Assembly: GCA_002256025.1 (NCBI GenBank)
Contig: NKIB01013960.1
Coordinates: forward strand, 1 to 49,369
Direction: 5' to 3'
Length of the DNA stretch: 49,369 bases
Source of the DNA: Asterionella formosa
Lineage: Eukaryota
The position numbers were made by a program, and so were the translations under genes. Under the pieces are notes generated by a model. That model did no database searches. It was given only the letters and a program-made list of their open reading frames with translations, and was not told where the DNA came from. Positions 1 through 11,146 of this stretch are shown here, in pieces. Numbering within the stretch: the first letter of the stretch is position 1; each line of letters begins with the position of its first letter.

Positions 1-63
1 AAAAAAAAAACTTTGATAAAAATAAAAATAAATGTGTACAAATTTAGTTTAATGATGTATAAT
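1..63. repeat. Inverted-repeat end, copy A (exact reverse complement of 40263..40325); probable IR/SSC junction
   Basis: 63/63 reverse-complement match; breaks at 64 (c) vs 40262 (t); the match runs off the window start. Confidence 0.9.
35..63 (+). promoter_or_regulatory. Putative sigma70-type promoter for rpl32
   Basis: TGTACA-N17-TATAAT, 34 nt before the rpl32 ATG. Confidence 0.55.
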
Positions 64-97
64 CGGGTTAAAGTAAATAATTTGAAACCATTAAATT

Positions 98-265
98 ATG
101 GCTGTACCTAAGAAACGAACTTCAAAAGCTAAAAAAAATGCTCGTAAAGCAAATTGGAAAAGAAAAGGGTACAAAGCAGCCCAAAAATCTTTATCTTTAG
201 CTAAGTCAATGTTAAGAGGCAAACCTACAAGTTTTATTTATAGTATTTATGTGGATGAGGAATAA
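98..265 (+). CDS. rpl32: 50S ribosomal protein L32 (55 aa)
   Basis: Hand translation [24 protein letters not shown]...; below ORF-track cutoff. Confidence 0.97.
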   Translation: MAVPKKRTSKAKKNARKANWKRKGYKAAQKSLSLAKSMLRGKPTSFIYSIYVDEE

Positions 266-293
266 ATCTTTAAATGAAAGTTAAAGATTTATT
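261..293 (+). terminator. Stem-loop at rpl32 3' end
   Basis: aataaatctttaa / ttaaagatttatt inverted repeat including the stop codon. Confidence 0.6.
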
Positions 294-309
294 TTACTAA
301 CTAAATTAA

Positions 310-390
310 ACGGATGTGGCGGAATTGGTAGACGCGCTAGATTTAGGTCCTAGTGACTTTGTTGTGAGAGTTCGAGTCTCTCCATCCGTA
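310..390 (+). tRNA. trnL: tRNA-Leu(UAG)
   Basis: Acceptor ACGGATG/CATCCGT, anticodon TAG at 344-346, variable arm, GTTCGAGTC T-loop. Confidence 0.95.
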
Positions 391-446
391 GTTCTGCTTT
401 AATTTTTTGCTAAAATCTAGGCTTATCAATCATAATTATAAAAAGA

Positions 447-1382
447 ATGCTCCCATTTACTTTACAACAATTACGTATTTTAAAGGCTGTTGCAACTGAG
501 AAAAGTTTTACTAGAGCTGCTGAAATTTTATATTTATCTCAACCATCTTTAAGTAAACAAATTAAAAGTTTAGAAAAAAATCTTGATATTTCTTTGATTA
601 ACAGAGAAAACAATAAAATTTCTTTGACTGAAAATGGTAAAGTTTTTTTACAGTACTCGGAGCGTATCCTAGGTTTATGCGAAGAGAGTTGTAGAGCTTT
701 AATTGATTTAAAAAACGGAAATAGAGGTAATTTAAGAATAGGTGCGAGTCAAACAATCGGTACATATTTAATGCCTGGGGTTTTAGCCTTATTTGCACAA
801 AGCTATCCTCAAATTGATTTAAAAGTTCAAGTAAACTCTACTAGAATTGTTGCAAAAAATATAATGAATAGAGAAATTGATCTAGCTATTGTTGGTGGTG
901 ATATTCCAAATGAATTGAAAAAAAAATTAACTGTAGAAGATTTTGTAGAGGATGAATTAAGCCTTATTTTATCAAAATTACACCCTTTTGCTAAACGAAA
1001 GAAAATTAGTAAAGATGATTTATATCATTTAAATTTTATTACCTTAAATTCCAATTCAACAATTAGAAAATTTGTAGATAATATTTTAAAAGAAAATAGT
1101 ATTGAAACCAAACAATTAAAAATTGTAATGCAATTAAACTCAATTGAAGGAATTAAAACAGCTGTAAGTCTTGGTTTAGGGGCTGCATTTGTTTCATCAT
1201 CAGCGATTGAAAAAGAAATTGAACTTGAAAAAATTGTAATTATTAAGATTGATAATATTAAAATAACAAGAACACTATCTATAATAAGTAACCCTGAATG
1301 CTATAAATCAAAAGCATTTGAGTTATTTTATAATGAATTATCTTCTCTCAAAAATAGTACAAGACTTAGTAATATTACTTAG
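447..1382 (+). CDS. rbcR: LysR-type RuBisCO transcriptional regulator (Ycf30)
   Basis: LPFTLQQLRIL...SFTRAAEILYLSQPSLSKQIK LysR HTH. Confidence 0.97.
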   Translation: MLPFTLQQLRILKAVATEKSFTRAAEILYLSQPSLSKQIKSLEKNLDISLINRENNKISLTENGKVFLQYSERILGLCEESCRALIDLKNGNRGNLRIGASQTIGTYLMPGVLALFAQSYPQIDLKVQVNSTRIVAKNIMNREIDLAIVGGDIPNELKKKLTVEDFVEDELSLILSKLHPFAKRKKISKDDLYHLNFITLNSNSTIRKFVDNILKENSIETKQLKIVMQLNSIEGIKTAVSLGLGAAFVSSSAIEKEIELEKIVIIKIDNIKITRTLSIISNPECYKSKAFELFYNELSSLKNSTRLSNIT

Positions 1383-1393
1383 TTCTAATCAAT

Positions 1394-1423
1394 TTGACAT
1401 ATTATAGAGAAATTACGTAAAAT
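1394..1423 (+). promoter_or_regulatory. Putative promoter of rpl21-rpl27-secA
   Basis: TTGACA-N18-TAAAAT. Confidence 0.6.
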
Positions 1424-1455
1424 AACTATAGATATGAATATAAAAACTTAAAAAT

Positions 1456-1776
1456 ATGAAATATGCGATTGTCGAAATAAGTGGCAAACAATTTTGGATT
1501 GAAACCGGGAAATATTACGACTTTAACCGAATTCCTACTGAATTGGGAAAAAATATCACTTTAAATAGAGTTTTATTGTTAAATAATGAAGGCGATATTC
1601 TAATTGGCCATCCATATTTAGAAAAGGTAAAGATTAAAGGAAAAATTTTAGAACATTTGCGTGGTAAAAAAACGATCGTATATAAAATGCGACCGAAAAA
1701 AAAGAGCCGAAAAAAACAAGGACATCGCCAAGACTTGACAAGAGTCTTAATTGAAGACATTTTTATTAATCAGTAA
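1456..1776 (+). CDS. rpl21: 50S ribosomal protein L21
   Basis: [12 protein letters not shown]...KQGHRQ. Confidence 0.97.
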   Translation: MKYAIVEISGKQFWIETGKYYDFNRIPTELGKNITLNRVLLLNNEGDILIGHPYLEKVKIKGKILEHLRGKKTIVYKMRPKKKSRKKQGHRQDLTRVLIEDIFINQ

Positions 1777-1790
1777 AGGAGTTAAATATT

Positions 1791-2042
1791 ATGGCACATA
1801 AGAAAGGTGCGGGTAGTACAAAAAATGGTCGTGATTCAAATGCAAAGCGTTTAGGTGTTAAACGTTTTGGTGGTGAAAAAGTGATTGCAGGTAATATTAT
1901 AATACGTCAAAGAGGAATGAAATTTCAGCCTGGTACAAACGTTGGTTGTGGAAAAGATTTTACATTGTTTGCATTAACAGATGGAATAATAAAATTTGAT
2001 CATCGAGATAAAAAATACAAAAGAGTTAACATTATTGTTTAA
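1791..2042 (+). CDS. rpl27: 50S ribosomal protein L27
   Basis: [23 protein letters not shown] upstream. Confidence 0.98.
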   Translation: MAHKKGAGSTKNGRDSNAKRLGVKRFGGEKVIAGNIIIRQRGMKFQPGTNVGCGKDFTLFALTDGIIKFDHRDKKYKRVNIIV

Positions 2043-2055
2043 TAATAATTTATAA

Positions 2056-4719
2056 ATGCTAAAAATTCAATTTAAGAGCAATTCTTTAGTAACTAAATAT
2101 CAAACATTAATTAATGAGATTAATGAATTAGAATCTAATTTAAAATTATTAAGTGATAGTGATTTAAGAGTTAAAAGTTTTAATCTTAAAAAACAATATT
2201 GTGATACGGAAAATTTAAATTCATTAATTGCAGAATCATTTGCTTTAACACGAGAAGCTAGTAAAAGAGCCCTTGGATTACGCCATTTTGATGTACAATT
2301 ATTAGGTGGACTTGTTTTAAACAATAATAAAATTGCTGAAATGAAAACTGGTGAAGGCAAAACTTTAGTTGCAACTTTACCTGCAGCATTAAATGCTATT
2401 ACAAAAAAAGGTGTACATATTGTTACGGTAAACGATTATTTAGCTAACCGTGATCAAGTTTCTATGGGTCAAGTTTATCGTTTTTTAGGTTTGGATACTG
2501 GTTTAATTCAAGAAGGTATGGAAAAAACGGAGCGCAAAGAAAATTATAATAGTGATATTACATACGTTACAAACAGCGAATTGACCTTCGATTTTCTTCG
2601 AGATAATATTGCTATTAATTTATCTGACATTGTATTAAGACCATTTAATTATTCTATTATCGATGAAGTTGATTCAGTATTAATTGATGAAGCTCAAACT
2701 CCAATTATTCTTGCAGACACTAGTGATGATACATCAGTTGAAAAGTTTGTAGCGGCTTCAGAAATTACTAATTATTTAGAATTAAATAAAGATTTTGAGA
2801 TTGATGAAAAAAATAAAAATGTTATTTTAACCCAAGAAGGCAGTAAACAAGTTGAAGCAATTTTAGATATTTCTGATTTATATAATCCTAAGGATCCTTG
2901 GATTCCATATATTATAAATTCTCTGAAAGCTAATTCATTATTTTTTAATAATATTCATTATATAATTCAGAATAATAGAATAATTATTGTAGATGAATTT
3001 ACAGGGCGTATTATGCCTGATCGCAGATGGGGTGATGGCTTACATCAAGCTATTGAGGCAAAAGAAAAACTTCCTATCAGACCAAAAACTGAAACACAAG
3101 CAGCAATAACTTATCAAAATTTCTTTTTAATGTACCCAAAATTATCAGGAATGACAGGGACAGGAAAAACTGCAGAAATTGAATTTGAAAAGATTTATAA
3201 TTTACCCGTTGAAGTAGTTCCAACATTTAGACCAACTAAGAGGAATGATCTTCCCGATTTAATTTATAAAGACCAATTTTCAAAATGGAATGCAATTGCT
3301 TATTTTTGTAATGAAAGATCATTAACAGGTCAACCAATTTTAATTGGGACAACAACCGTTGAAAAATCAGAAATGTTAGCTCAGTTATTAATTGAGTATA
3401 ATCTTTCATATCAAATTTTAAATGCAAAACCTGAAAATGTTCGTCGAGAGTCTGAAATTGTTGCACAAGCAGGTAAAAAAAATAGTATTACGATTGCCAC
3501 AAATATGGCAGGACGGGGAACAGACATTATTTTGGGGGGTAATATTAATTTTAAAATTCAAAAAGAATTATATAGTCTATTAGCATTAGGAAAAAGCTAT
3601 AAAGCTAGTAACAAAAATAAATTTTACCTATTTAATTTAATAAATAAATTTATAGGTATTAATCATAATTTTTTAAGCGTTTTATTATCACTACTTAATG
3701 ACAATAAGTTTTTAACATTATCTGATATTGATATATTAAGAATACTGCAAGAAAATGATCGTATATCAATTCCCACAAATTCTTATCAATGTTCGATTCG
3801 TTTTTTAATTAATGAGCTAATTAAACATAATAAAAAACATCAAGAACAAGAAAATAGGATTGTTAAAAATTTAGGTGGACTATATGTGATTGGAACAGAA
3901 AGAAATGATTCAAGGAGAATTGATAACCAATTACGTGGAAGATGTGGTCGGCAAGGTGACCCTGGTACTTCAAGATTTTTCTTAAGTTTAGATGATAATT
4001 TATTGAGATTATTTGGGGGGACGAAAGTTCAAAATTTTATTCAAGATCAAATTTCTACGGATTCTCCTTTAGAGTCGCCCTTTATTACTAAAAGTTTAGA
4101 TTCTGCTCAAGAAAGAGTAGAAGAAAGAGCCTATGAACAGAGAAAGAACCTGTTTGATTATGACGACATTATAAATCAACAAAGAAAAATTATTTATTTT
4201 GAACGGCGATTACTTTTAGAAAACAAATCAGTTCGAAAGAATACTTTCGCATATGGCGAACAAATTATATGTGAATTTACTTCTAAACTAGAAGAAAACC
4301 AGCTCGACTTTAAAGACTTTATTAAATTATTTGAAAATCTATTTGGGAAGAATTTAGAATTAAAGCTATTTGAAAAAGAACTTTCTGATACAACTAATTT
4401 TGACCCTACTGAATTAAAAACATATCTATTTAATGAGTTTTGGTTAACTTATCAACTTAAAATAAATGAAATTGGTATTTATGGAAATGGTATTTTTGAA
4501 AATATCGAACGACGATCAACTTTAATTAATATGGATCGTATTTGGCAGGAGCATTTACAGAAAATTACATTATTACGTGATGCTGTTAGTTGGCGTGGTT
4601 ATGGTCAGAAGAATCCTTTAACAGAATATAAACGTGAAGCTTATCTCCTTTTTGCAGAACGTAAAGAGGCTTTAATTTATTTTACGCTTTATGATTTGCT
4701 CCGCTCAATAATTGTATAG
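2056..4719 (+). CDS. secA: Preprotein translocase SecA
   Basis: MKTGEGKT Walker A, DEVD, ATNMAGRGTDI, QLRGRCGRQGDPG. Confidence 0.98.
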   Translation: MLKIQFKSNSLVTKYQTLINEINELESNLKLLSDSDLRVKSFNLKKQYCDTENLNSLIAESFALTREASKRALGLRHFDVQLLGGLVLNNNKIAEMKTGEGKTLVATLPAALNAITKKGVHIVTVNDYLANRDQVSMGQVYRFLGLDTGLIQEGMEKTERKENYNSDITYVTNSELTFDFLRDNIAINLSDIVLRPFNYSIIDEVDSVLIDEAQTPIILADTSDDTSVEKFVAASEITNYLELNKDFEIDEKNKNVILTQEGSKQVEAILDISDLYNPKDPWIPYIINSLKANSLFFNNIHYIIQNNRIIIVDEFTGRIMPDRRWGDGLHQAIEAKEKLPIRPKTETQAAITYQNFFLMYPKLSGMTGTGKTAEIEFEKIYNLPVEVVPTFRPTKRNDLPDLIYKDQFSKWNAIAYFCNERSLTGQPILIGTTTVEKSEMLAQLLIEYNLSYQILNAKPENVRRESEIVAQAGKKNSITIATNMAGRGTDIILGGNINFKIQKELYSLLALGKSYKASNKNKFYLFNLINKFIGINHNFLSVLLSLLNDNKFLTLSDIDILRILQENDRISIPTNSYQCSIRFLINELIKHNKKHQEQENRIVKNLGGLYVIGTERNDSRRIDNQLRGRCGRQGDPGTSRFFLSLDDNLLRLFGGTKVQNFIQDQISTDSPLESPFITKSLDSAQERVEERAYEQRKNLFDYDDIINQQRKIIYFERRLLLENKSVRKNTFAYGEQIICEFTSKLEENQLDFKDFIKLFENLFGKNLELKLFEKELSDTTNFDPTELKTYLFNEFWLTYQLKINEIGIYGNGIFENIERRSTLINMDRIWQEHLQKITLLRDAVSWRGYGQKNPLTEYKREAYLLFAERKEALIYFTLYDLLRSIIV

Positions 4720-4762
4720 TTTTGAAAAATACATTCAAATTTTAATTTTATAATAAAACATT

Positions 4763-4909
4763 ATGACAAAACGTACACTTTCTAATAAATCTCGTTCTTC
4801 AGTATTGAAATTATCAGGTTTTCGTGCAAGAATGTCGAGCACTCAAGGTCGTAAAATAATACGAAATCGTCGTAAAAAAGGCCGAAAACTTTTAACAATT
4901 CAACGTTAA
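4763..4909 (+). CDS. rpl34: 50S ribosomal protein L34 (48 aa)
   Basis: Hand translation [48 protein letters not shown]. Confidence 0.96.
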   Translation: MTKRTLSNKSRSSVLKLSGFRARMSSTQGRKIIRNRRKKGRKLLTIQR

Positions 4910-5021
4910 AATTCTTATTTATTAGAGTAATTTTAAATAATTAACTCTAATAATTTATTATTTTTTCTTTAAAACTACTATAATATCATTGTAACAAATT
5001 GAATTTTTGAATCTTTAATAT

Positions 5022-6512
5022 ATGACTTTTAACGATGAGTTAACTCTTTTTCTTAAGGCTCGTTATCCAATTCTATACATCAGTACAGTTGAAGAAGATC
5101 GAGTTGAGTATGTAATTAGAAAAACTATTAAGACAAATTTAAATCGGAGTATATATAGTTGGGATTTTGTAGATGGTTATACTAATAATCCAAATAATGA
5201 AGGATTTGGTAAACGTAACCCTTTACAAGCACTAGAATTGATCGAACGTCTAAACTCCGAAACACCAGCGTTATTTATACTTAAAGACTTTAATAGATTT
5301 TTAACAGATTTAGCGATTTCAAGAAAACTAAGAAATATTAGTCGAGTTTTAAAATTACAACCCAAGACAATTATTATTATTGGGTTTGAATTAAATATCC
5401 CTAAAGAATTGCAGGATTTAATAACTATCATTGAATTTCAGTTACCATCAGAGTTAGAAATTAGTGATGAATTAAAACGTTTAATCAATTCTTTAAATAT
5501 TCAAGTTGAAAGCCAATTATTTGAAAATTTAACTAGAGCTTGTCAAGGATTATCGTTAGAAAGAATTAGACGTGTTCTTTCTAAGATTATTGCAACTTAT
5601 AAAACAATAGATGAAAATAGTATTTCAGTTTTATTAACAGAAAAAAAACAAATTATAGGGCAAACAGAAATTCTTGAGTATTGGTCAGTAAATGAAAAAA
5701 TCATTAATCTTGGAGGTTTAAAAAATTTAAAAGATTGGTTAAAAAAACGCCAAACTGCTTTTAGTCTTAAAGCTTCAAATTATGGTTTACCTACGCCTCG
5801 TGGATTATTACTTATAGGAATTCAAGGTACTGGAAAATCTTTAACAGCAAAAGCTATTGGTAACGAATGGCAACTACCTTTATTAAAATTAGATGTTGGT
5901 AAATTATTTGGTGGAATAGTTGGTGAATCCGAATCTCGGCTTCGACAAATGATTAATGTTGCTGAAACAATATCACCTTGTATACTTTGGATTGATGAAA
6001 TTGATAAAGCATTTACTAATTCAGATAATAAAGGTGATAGTGGTACTAGTAATCGAGTACTTGCAACCTTTATTAGTTGGTTATCAGAAAAAACTAAACC
6101 TGTTTTTGTTATTGCAACAGCAAATAATATAGATTCTTTACCGCTAGAGATTATTAGAAAAGGCCGTTTTGATGAAGTATTTTTTTTAGATTTACCAAAA
6201 AAAGAAGAGAGAGAGGAGATTTTTAAAATTCACCTTCAAGAATTTCGACCAAATAGTTGGGAATCCTTTGATTGTATTAAATTATCTCAATTATCTGATT
6301 CATTTTCAGGTGCTGAAATTAGACAAAGTATTATTGAAGCAATGTATCAAGCATTTTATGAAAAACGTGAGTTTTTGACTAGTGATATTTCGAATGCTCT
6401 TGATGAATTAATCCCATTAGCAAATCTTGAAAGTGAACAAATGATAAAATTACAAAATTGGGCAGTGTCGGGGCGTATTAGATTAGCTTCTTCTAAAGAT
6501 ATATACATTTAA
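5022..6512 (+). CDS. ycf46: Ycf46 AAA+ ATPase
   Basis: GIQGTGKS Walker A, ILWIDEIDK Walker B, RKGRFDE. Confidence 0.95.
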   Translation: MTFNDELTLFLKARYPILYISTVEEDRVEYVIRKTIKTNLNRSIYSWDFVDGYTNNPNNEGFGKRNPLQALELIERLNSETPALFILKDFNRFLTDLAISRKLRNISRVLKLQPKTIIIIGFELNIPKELQDLITIIEFQLPSELEISDELKRLINSLNIQVESQLFENLTRACQGLSLERIRRVLSKIIATYKTIDENSISVLLTEKKQIIGQTEILEYWSVNEKIINLGGLKNLKDWLKKRQTAFSLKASNYGLPTPRGLLLIGIQGTGKSLTAKAIGNEWQLPLLKLDVGKLFGGIVGESESRLRQMINVAETISPCILWIDEIDKAFTNSDNKGDSGTSNRVLATFISWLSEKTKPVFVIATANNIDSLPLEIIRKGRFDEVFFLDLPKKEEREEIFKIHLQEFRPNSWESFDCIKLSQLSDSFSGAEIRQSIIEAMYQAFYEKREFLTSDISNALDELIPLANLESEQMIKLQNWAVSGRIRLASSKDIYI

Positions 6513-6520
6513 CTTTTTAT

Positions 6521-7786
6521 ATGAAACAAAAAATTTTTCGTTTTTTAGCAGACTTACGATTTGCTATTTTTATTTTATTATTAATCAGTTTTTGTAGTAT
6601 TATTGGAACCGTTATTCAACAAGATCAATCTATAGAAACGTATAAATTAAATTATCCATTAACAAATCAACTTTTTGGTTTTTTTTCTTGGGATCTGATT
6701 TTAAAATTTGGATTTGACCATATTTATAGAACTTGGTGGTTTTTTAGTTTGATTTTAGTTTTTGGGATAAGTTTAATTACTTGTACTTATTTACAACAAA
6801 TTCCATCATTAAAAATGGCTAGACGTTGCCAGTTCTTTCGAACTAGTAAACCGTTTAATCGTCTAAAAATTTCTACAATTTTAACGAGATTTAATTTTAA
6901 TAAAATTATATTTCGTTTAAAAAATAATCAATATTCTTTGTTTCAACAAAAAAGTATTATTTACTGTTACAAGGGATTAATTGGACGAATAGCTCCTATA
7001 ATTGTTCATTTAAGTATGATTCTAATTTTAGTTGGAACTTTAATAGGGTCCTTATGTGGTTTTAAAGCACAAGAAATAATCCCTAAAACTGAAACTTTTC
7101 ATATCCAAAATGTTTTCAATAATGGCCAATTAGCTGTTTTACCACCTATTTCCAGTAGAATCAATGATTTTTGGATTACTTATACAAAACAAAAAACTGT
7201 TGGACAGTTTTATTCTGATATTTCTATTCTAGATTCTATTGGTAATGAGATTAATCGAAAGACAAGTTTTGTTAATACACCTCTTATTCATGAAGGCGTT
7301 TACTATTATCAAACTGATTGGAATTTAATTGGGTTACGTTTTCAAGATTTTAATAATAAAATAATTGAATATCCATTAGTAAATTTCTTAAATACAAAAA
7401 ATAAAATTTGGTTAACATGGGTTTCAAATGATTTAAATGTAACCAAAGGAATAATTGCTATAATTGATAATTTAGAAGGTTATTGTTCAATTTATAACGA
7501 TAAAGGAATATTTTTAGGAAACTTAGAATTAAATGAGAAAATAACGAATGAACAAGAAGTCACCTTAGTTGAAATTTTAAGTTCTACTGGTTTACAAATT
7601 AAAAACGATCCAGGTATTCCAATAATTTATACGGGGTTTTTCTTTTTAATGTTAAGCACATTAATAAGCTATATAACTTATTCACAAATTTGGTTAATTA
7701 AAGAAAATCAAAAAATATTTGTTGGTGGAAATACAACTCGAGCAATGTTTGAATTTGAGTTGGAGTTTTTTAGATTTATAAAATAA
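6521..7786 (+). CDS. ccs1: Cytochrome c biogenesis protein Ccs1 (ResB family)
   Basis: LADLRFAIFILLLI...IGTVIQQ, IIVHLSMILIL, GLQIKNDPG. Confidence 0.95.
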   Translation: MKQKIFRFLADLRFAIFILLLISFCSIIGTVIQQDQSIETYKLNYPLTNQLFGFFSWDLILKFGFDHIYRTWWFFSLILVFGISLITCTYLQQIPSLKMARRCQFFRTSKPFNRLKISTILTRFNFNKIIFRLKNNQYSLFQQKSIIYCYKGLIGRIAPIIVHLSMILILVGTLIGSLCGFKAQEIIPKTETFHIQNVFNNGQLAVLPPISSRINDFWITYTKQKTVGQFYSDISILDSIGNEINRKTSFVNTPLIHEGVYYYQTDWNLIGLRFQDFNNKIIEYPLVNFLNTKNKIWLTWVSNDLNVTKGIIAIIDNLEGYCSIYNDKGIFLGNLELNEKITNEQEVTLVEILSSTGLQIKNDPGIPIIYTGFFFLMLSTLISYITYSQIWLIKENQKIFVGGNTTRAMFEFELEFFRFIK

Positions 7787-7859
7787 TTATTTGTGATCAT
7801 TTTAAGTAATGTGTTTTACAATTGTATGTAACAAGTTATATTTACTTGGGAAGAATTAA

Positions 7860-8960
<1,101 letters not shown>

Positions 8961-8969
8961 TTCTAAACA

Positions 8970-9020
8970 GTTCTTCTAAATCTTTATGAAAAATAAAGGT
9001 TTAGAAGAACATATTTTTTT
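8970..9020 (+). terminator. psbA 3' hairpin
   Basis: 18-bp stem (one G-U on the sense strand), 5-nt loop, followed by a T-run. Confidence 0.8.
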
Positions 9021-9132
9021 ATTTAATAGAATATTACAAATAATCTAACATAATTGAGGAGACGGCTGTCTTCTGTGTGATTTTAAAATTATAATTTTAA
9101 TTGTTATAAAAAACGCCTCCTTTCGAACTAGT

Positions 9133-9173
9133 AAAAAAAATTATTAGATTTAAACTATCTAATAATTTTTTTT
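9133..9173. terminator. Bidirectional hairpin between convergent psbA and ycf35
   Basis: A8-ttattagat / atctaataa-T8, 7-nt loop. Confidence 0.7.
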
Positions 9174-9237
9174 GAATATCTTTACATTTTAGTTTTAGAG
9201 ATTAGTTAAAAAGAAAAACATTTTCCTGTTCAAAGAT

Positions 9238-9633
9238 TTACGGGGTTCCTTTATGCCAACGTTCTAATACTAGTGTATTAGAGCCATCTTCGTTTTTTTG
9301 GTATTTAACAGGCTGAAAACCAGTTTTTTGGCCTTCACCGATAATCACTTCACCGGCGTACTGTTGTGAGATTTTATCTATAAAACTTTCAACTGGGCAA
9401 GATTGTTTCCAAAAACTCATATCAGTTACTAATTTATATTCTTTTCCATCCCAAGAAAATACAATATCATGATTATTAGACTGTGGAATTACTAAATTAA
9501 TGTTGTATAGATCATGATTTAAGGAATTAATATTTATTTTTTCTCTTTTATGATCAATTTGTAAACGGTTTAAAGCCTTTTCTAAATAAAATAGATTTTG
9601 TAAATTAGTTTTTATATTAGTAAAATGTGACAT
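9238..9633 (-). CDS. ycf35: Ycf35
   Basis: MSHFTNIKT...QQYA...GF...[14 protein letters not shown] at 9633 preferred over TTG at 9639. Confidence 0.93.
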   Translation of the reverse strand: MSHFTNIKTNLQNLFYLEKALNRLQIDHKREKININSLNHDLYNINLVIPQSNNHDIVFSWDGKEYKLVTDMSFWKQSCPVESFIDKISQQYAGEVIIGEGQKTGFQPVKYQKNEDGSNTLVLERWHKGTP

Positions 9634-9709
9634 AGTCAATTTCTCCCTTATTTGATTTAGTAGTTTCTAATTATAAGATTATCCCCCTTGTTTTTGATAT
9701 CTATAAGTT

Positions 9710-9787
9710 TTATTCAACTTTAATATTGGTATTATTTAGATTTTTGAATTCAAAAATCTAAATAATACCAATATTAAAGTTGAATAA
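9710..9787. repeat. Perfect 78-bp palindrome overlapping the rps16 3' end
   Basis: 39-bp arms, no spacer, centred on GAA|TTC at 9748/9749. Confidence 0.95.
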
Positions 9788-10013
9788 TCTTGGCTTTCAA
9801 TAATAAATTTAATACTGTTTGACTAGGTTTCGCACCATTACTCATCCATTTTTCAATTTTTGATACATCAAAAAAGGACTGTTTTGTAATAGGGTTATAA
9901 AAACCAATTTCATCAATTGGACGACCATCACGTCTACTACTATGTTCCATAATAACAAGCCTATATGAAGGAGAACCCTTCCGTCCTGCTCTTTTTAATC
10001 GTAATTTTAACAT
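9774..10013 (-). CDS. rps16: 30S ribosomal protein S16
   Basis: MLKLRLKRAGRK...SRRDG...GFYNP. Confidence 0.97.
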   Translation of the reverse strand: MLKLRLKRAGRKGSPSYRLVIMEHSSRRDGRPIDEIGFYNPITKQSFFDVSKIEKWMSNGAKPSQTVLNLLLKAKIIQL

Positions 10014-10069
10014 GAATTTTTAAATATTTTAATAAATTTCTTAAGTAAAAAAGTTTTAAACGATAAGAA

Positions 10070-10687
10070 TTATCGACGAGAGTAATATTCAATAACTAAT
10101 AACTCATCTAATTGTAAACCAACATCATTTCGATCGCAGTAGTCTAAAACGACTCCTTCTAATTTAGGTACATTTAATTTTAAATGTCCTGGTAAATCTA
10201 TTACATTATTGTTTTTTAAATTATTTTCAATTAAATTTTTTGAAACTAGTTTATCTTTTACTCCAATAATATCATTTAAGTGACATTGGAAGCTTGCAAT
10301 AGTAACAACTTTTTTATTTACTGTTATGTGACCGTGATTTACTAATTGACGTGCGTGTCCAATACTTCTTGCAAAACCTAATGTGAAACAGATTGTATCT
10401 AATCTCATCTCTAATAATTGTAATAAAATTAAACCAGTAACACCTTGTCGTCTTCTTGCTTCCTTAATATATCTATAAAGTTGATTCTCAGTTAAACCAT
10501 AATTAAATTTTAATTTTTGTTTTTCTTCAAGACGAACACCATACTCGGTTGTTTTTTTACTATTATCATCATTAGTTTTACCATGCTGACCAGGTCTAGT
10601 TGATTTTTTTGATTTTTTACTAGTTAACCCTGGTAATACACCAAGACGGCGAGTTATTCTTAATCTAGGCCCTCTATAACGCGACAT
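10070..10687 (-). CDS. rps4: 30S ribosomal protein S4
   Basis: [16 protein letters not shown]...LEMRLD...IEYYSR. Confidence 0.98.
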   Translation of the reverse strand: MSRYRGPRLRITRRLGVLPGLTSKKSKKSTRPGQHGKTNDDNSKKTTEYGVRLEEKQKLKFNYGLTENQLYRYIKEARRRQGVTGLILLQLLEMRLDTICFTLGFARSIGHARQLVNHGHITVNKKVVTIASFQCHLNDIIGVKDKLVSKNLIENNLKNNNVIDLPGHLKLNVPKLEGVVLDYCDRNDVGLQLDELLVIEYYSRR

Positions 10688-10747
10688 AAAATAAATTTAA
10701 ACAGTAGACAAATTTTTAATAATCTAAAAAAAATAAAATTTTTAAAA

Positions 10748-10821
10748 GGCGAATGATCGGACTTGAACCGACGAATGGTGGAACCACAACCCACTGCCTT
10801 AACCACTTGGCCACACCCGCC
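10748..10821 (-). tRNA. trnH: tRNA-His(GUG)
   Basis: Cloverleaf on the minus strand, anticodon GTG, encoded G-1 and C73. Confidence 0.95.
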
Positions 10822-10901
10822 AAACTTTAACGTATAATAATATAACAATTTATACTACTATAAGTCTAGTATATTATTAAAGACTAATAAAATTAAAATT
10901 T

Positions 10902-11114
10902 ATGATTATATTGAAACGCTTCTTTGTAAATGGTCTAAAATATGAAACTTATGATAATTTTACTATATATCAATTACTTTCTTATTTTAACTATAATCAA
11001 ACCCTTTTTGTTTTAGAATACAATAATTTAATTTACGAACAAAAACATTGGACTAAACTTACAATTAAAAATAATGATAAAATTGAAATTGTTACAATTG
11101 TTGGGGGTGGATAA
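10902..11114 (+). CDS. thiS: Thiamine biosynthesis sulfur carrier ThiS (Ycf40)
   Basis: VNG...EYN...DKIEIVTIVGGG with C-terminal GG. Confidence 0.93.
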   Translation: MIILKRFFVNGLKYETYDNFTIYQLLSYFNYNQTLFVLEYNNLIYEQKHWTKLTIKNNDKIEIVTIVGGG

Positions 11115-11140
11115 TTCTATAAACTAGTTTATAGAATTAT
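11111..11140. terminator. Perfect 30-bp palindrome between convergent thiS and syfB
   Basis: ataattctataaact|agtttatagaattat, includes the thiS stop, followed by a T-run. Confidence 0.8.
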
Positions 11141-11146
11141 TTTTTT

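Noticed and set aside
10660..10848. 62-aa ORF across trnH, and similarly the 74-aa ORF 48087..48311 across trnP and the ORFs nested in ORF270
   Set aside because: They overlap tRNA genes or a longer supported CDS
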